From: a virus
Length of the DNA: 64,000 bases
IMG/VR virus record: IMGVR_UViG_3300022602_000001
Reading direction: 5' to 3' (one strand)
The position numbers were made by a program, and so were the translations under genes. A model generated the notes under the pieces. That model did no database searches and was not told where the DNA came from. It worked only from the letters and a program-made list of their open reading frames with translations. Positions within the stretch are counted from its first letter, which is position 1. The number at the start of each line of letters is the position of its first letter. This document shows positions 61,828-64,000 of this stretch, one piece after another.

Positions 61828-63114
61828 ATGGTAAAAATAGAAAACATACAGGAGCTGGTGGGAAACCACGTGGCTCCCTACATCTACAACGCAAAGAACT
61901 TCGTGCCAGGCGCCACTCCCATCTACTACAGTGGGCCCTACTGGGACAACAAGGAGACCGAAGCCGCAATGGACAGCTTCTTAAACGGAAAGTGGATCAC
62001 TGCAGGAGAAAAGGTCTACAAATTTGAGAACAAGTTCAGCAAGAGGTTCAACGTGAAGCACTCCCACATGGTGAATTCCGGCAGCTCTGCAAACTTGGTG
62101 CTGATAGCCGCTCTAAAAAAAAGGTTTGGGTGGGAGGACGGAGATGAAATAATTGTCTCTCCAGTGGGATTTGCAACCACAGTGTCGGTTCTCTACCAGC
62201 ACAGGCTCAAGCCAGTGTTTGCTGACATTGAGTGGGACACTTTGAATTTCGACCTTTCAAAGGTGGAAGAGAAGATCACCAGCAGAACCAGAGGAATCTT
62301 CGTTTCTCCTGTGCTGGGAAATCCACCCAACATGGACGTGCTCGTTCAGCTGGCTGAAAAGCACAACTTGAAGCTGATAGGGGACAACTGCGACAGTTTG
62401 GGATCAAAGTGGGACGGCAGGTACCTGAACGAGCACTACGTTGCGTTTTCAAACTCCTTCTATCCGGCCCACCACATATCGACGGGAGAGGGAGGCATGG
62501 TGTGCTCCGACGACGACGAGCTGAAGAAGCTGTTCGTCAGCTTTAGCTGGTGGGGCAGGGACTGCTACTGCATTGGGTCAGCAAATCTTCTGCCGTGCGG
62601 AACGTGCGGAAAGAGGTTCGATAACTGGCTGGAGAGCTACGACGGGGTCATTGACCACAAGTACGTGTTCAGCGAGATGGGGTACAACCTAAAGCCCCTG
62701 GATCTGCAGGGAGCGATTGGGCTGGAGCAGCTGGACAAGTTGGACACCATGGAACAGAGGAGAAGGACAGCAAAAAACAGGATTGAAAAGATATTTACCA
62801 GCAGCATACAGGATTTGAGGTCTCCAAGCGCATTGGACAAAGCAGACCCTTGTTGGTTTGGCACTCCTTTTATATGCGACGAGCCAGGGCTGAAGCACAG
62901 GTTGGTTTCATTTCTGGAGCAGAACAAGATACAGACCAGGAACTACTTCGCTGGAAACATACTGATGCACCCAGGGTACTCCTTCTTGGACGACTACAAA
63001 AATTATCCAGAGGCAAACAAGGTGCTGGACAAGGTGTTCTTCATAGGAGCGGCCCCACACTACACAGAAGAGGTGTTCGAGTATATAGAAGAAGTAGTAA
63101 AAAAATTCAAATGA
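61828..63114 (+). CDS. NDP-4-keto-6-deoxyhexose 3-dehydratase (RfbH/E1-like, DegT family)
   Basis: VNSGSSANL, DNCDSLGS, SFYPAHHISTGEGG (His in place of Lys), GRDCYC...CGTC Fe-S-type Cys cluster. Confidence 0.88.
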   Translation: MVKIENIQELVGNHVAPYIYNAKNFVPGATPIYYSGPYWDNKETEAAMDSFLNGKWITAGEKVYKFENKFSKRFNVKHSHMVNSGSSANLVLIAALKKRFGWEDGDEIIVSPVGFATTVSVLYQHRLKPVFADIEWDTLNFDLSKVEEKITSRTRGIFVSPVLGNPPNMDVLVQLAEKHNLKLIGDNCDSLGSKWDGRYLNEHYVAFSNSFYPAHHISTGEGGMVCSDDDELKKLFVSFSWWGRDCYCIGSANLLPCGTCGKRFDNWLESYDGVIDHKYVFSEMGYNLKPLDLQGAIGLEQLDKLDTMEQRRRTAKNRIEKIFTSSIQDLRSPSALDKADPCWFGTPFICDEPGLKHRLVSFLEQNKIQTRNYFAGNILMHPGYSFLDDYKNYPEANKVLDKVFFIGAAPHYTEEVFEYIEEVVKKFK

Positions 63115-63935
63115 TGATTGAAGTTTTCGGAGGCACAGGGTTTGTGGGGACAGAGTTCTGCAAGAGGCACAGCGGCGAGTGCAGAGCGGTCCCCAGGGAA
63201 ACCCTGGAGGTGCCAAAAAATTCCAAAGTTCTATACTTGATCAGCACAGTGGACAACTACAACGTGCTGACCGATCCCTACGTGGATATAAACACCAACC
63301 TGATCCACCTGATGAAGGTGCTGGATGCAAACAAGGCCAACGACGTTGAGTTTCACTTTGTGAGTTCGTGGTTCGTCTACGGAGAGGTTGCGCTACCGGC
63401 GAGGGAGGACTCTTGCTGCAGGCCAAAGGGGTTCTACTCAATAACTAAGCTGGCTGCAGAGCAGCTTTTGGAGTCCTACTGCAGGACCTACAAAATCAAG
63501 TACACGATAACCAGGCTTGGGAACGTTGTTGGGAGGGGCGACGAAAAGGCGTCAAAAAAGAAGAACGCAATGCAGTACTTGGTGGATGAGATGAGGGCCA
63601 ACCGTGACATAGCGCTCTACGATTCTGGAATGTTCTACAGGGACTTCGTCCACGTTTCCGACGTGGCAGACGGGCTGAAGTTCATAGTGGAAAATGGAGC
63701 CAGCGGAGAGGTGTACAACCTGGGATCAGCCTCAGAGGATCCAACTCTCTTCAAGGACGTCATAGAGTACGCCCACAGAGAGCTCAATTCAACGAGCAGA
63801 GTGGGCACAATGAGCGCAACGGAATTCCACAGCATAGTCCAGGTAAAGAACATGCATCTGGACTGCAGCAAGTTGAAGAGCCTTGGGTGGAAGCCGTCTA
63901 GGACTGTGCTCCAGGCTATAAAAGAAATTTTATGA
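63111..63935 (+). CDS. NAD-dependent sugar epimerase/reductase (extended SDR)
   Basis: GGTGFVG, SSWFVYG, YSITK, RDFVHVSDVA motifs. Confidence 0.9.
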   Translation: MMIEVFGGTGFVGTEFCKRHSGECRAVPRETLEVPKNSKVLYLISTVDNYNVLTDPYVDINTNLIHLMKVLDANKANDVEFHFVSSWFVYGEVALPAREDSCCRPKGFYSITKLAAEQLLESYCRTYKIKYTITRLGNVVGRGDEKASKKKNAMQYLVDEMRANRDIALYDSGMFYRDFVHVSDVADGLKFIVENGASGEVYNLGSASEDPTLFKDVIEYAHRELNSTSRVGTMSATEFHSIVQVKNMHLDCSKLKSLGWKPSRTVLQAIKEIL

Positions 63936-64000
63936 TCAGCTACAAAAGAATAGGCCACTTTGGACGATGTGGAAATCAGATGTTCCAATTTGCAGCAACT
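63932..64000 (+). CDS. GT11 (alpha-1,2-fucosyltransferase-like) N-terminus, partial
   Basis: MISYKRIGHFGRCGNQMFQFAA resembles the GT11 GxLGNQMFQYA motif; only 23 codons visible. Confidence 0.65.
   Translation, partial: MISYKRIGHFGRCGNQMFQFAAT

Noticed and set aside
1-64000. Numerous minus-strand and nested ORFs in the ORF track (e.g. 37592-38437, 44843-45544, 15130-15714)
   Set aside because: They are shadows of well-supported + strand genes with no recognisable motifs or start context.
1-64000. Stop-codon reassignment (alternative genetic code)
   Set aside because: Conserved genes are full length in the standard code, TAA, TAG and TGA all terminate genes, and no suppressor tRNA was found.

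Overview
A 64-kb segment of a large T4-like contractile-tailed (myovirus-type) phage genome. All credible genes are on the + strand in the standard genetic code. The host is probably Bacteroidota, judged from TAnnTTTG promoters and A-rich leaders without Shine-Dalgarno sites. Gene order: PhoH; neck, tail-fibre, sheath, tube, tape-measure and baseplate genes (~1-23.5 kb); replication genes (two PolA homologues, SSB, RecA/UvsX, 5'-3' exonuclease, macro domain, DnaB helicase, NrdAB; ~23.5-36.5 kb); an Hsp20-GroES-GroEL operon; nucleotide metabolism with two thymidylate-synthase homologues; nuclease and lysis genes; a ~4.6-kb tRNA/ncRNA island (48.4-53.0 kb); and a glycosyltransferase/dideoxy-sugar cluster. 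Most notable: (1) the RNA island holds ~22 ordinary tRNAs plus two Y-RNA-like scaffolds carrying tRNA-mimic modules (one a complete circularly permuted tRNA), a 255-nt multi-helix ncRNA, an oversized 8/5 tRNA-like RNA and a D-armless tRNA, all behind a leader-peptide/terminator arrangement with boxA-like sites; (2) the DnaB helicase is broken at its Walker A motif by an atypically split intein encoded in two genes; (3) a 14-bp long-range RNA helix clamps the hsp20 gene; (4) a probable +1 frameshift extends the tail assembly chaperone; (5) a thymidylate-synthase paralogue has the dCMP-specificity Asp, suggesting modified cytosine. Product calls come from motif recognition by eye; no searches or folding programs were run.
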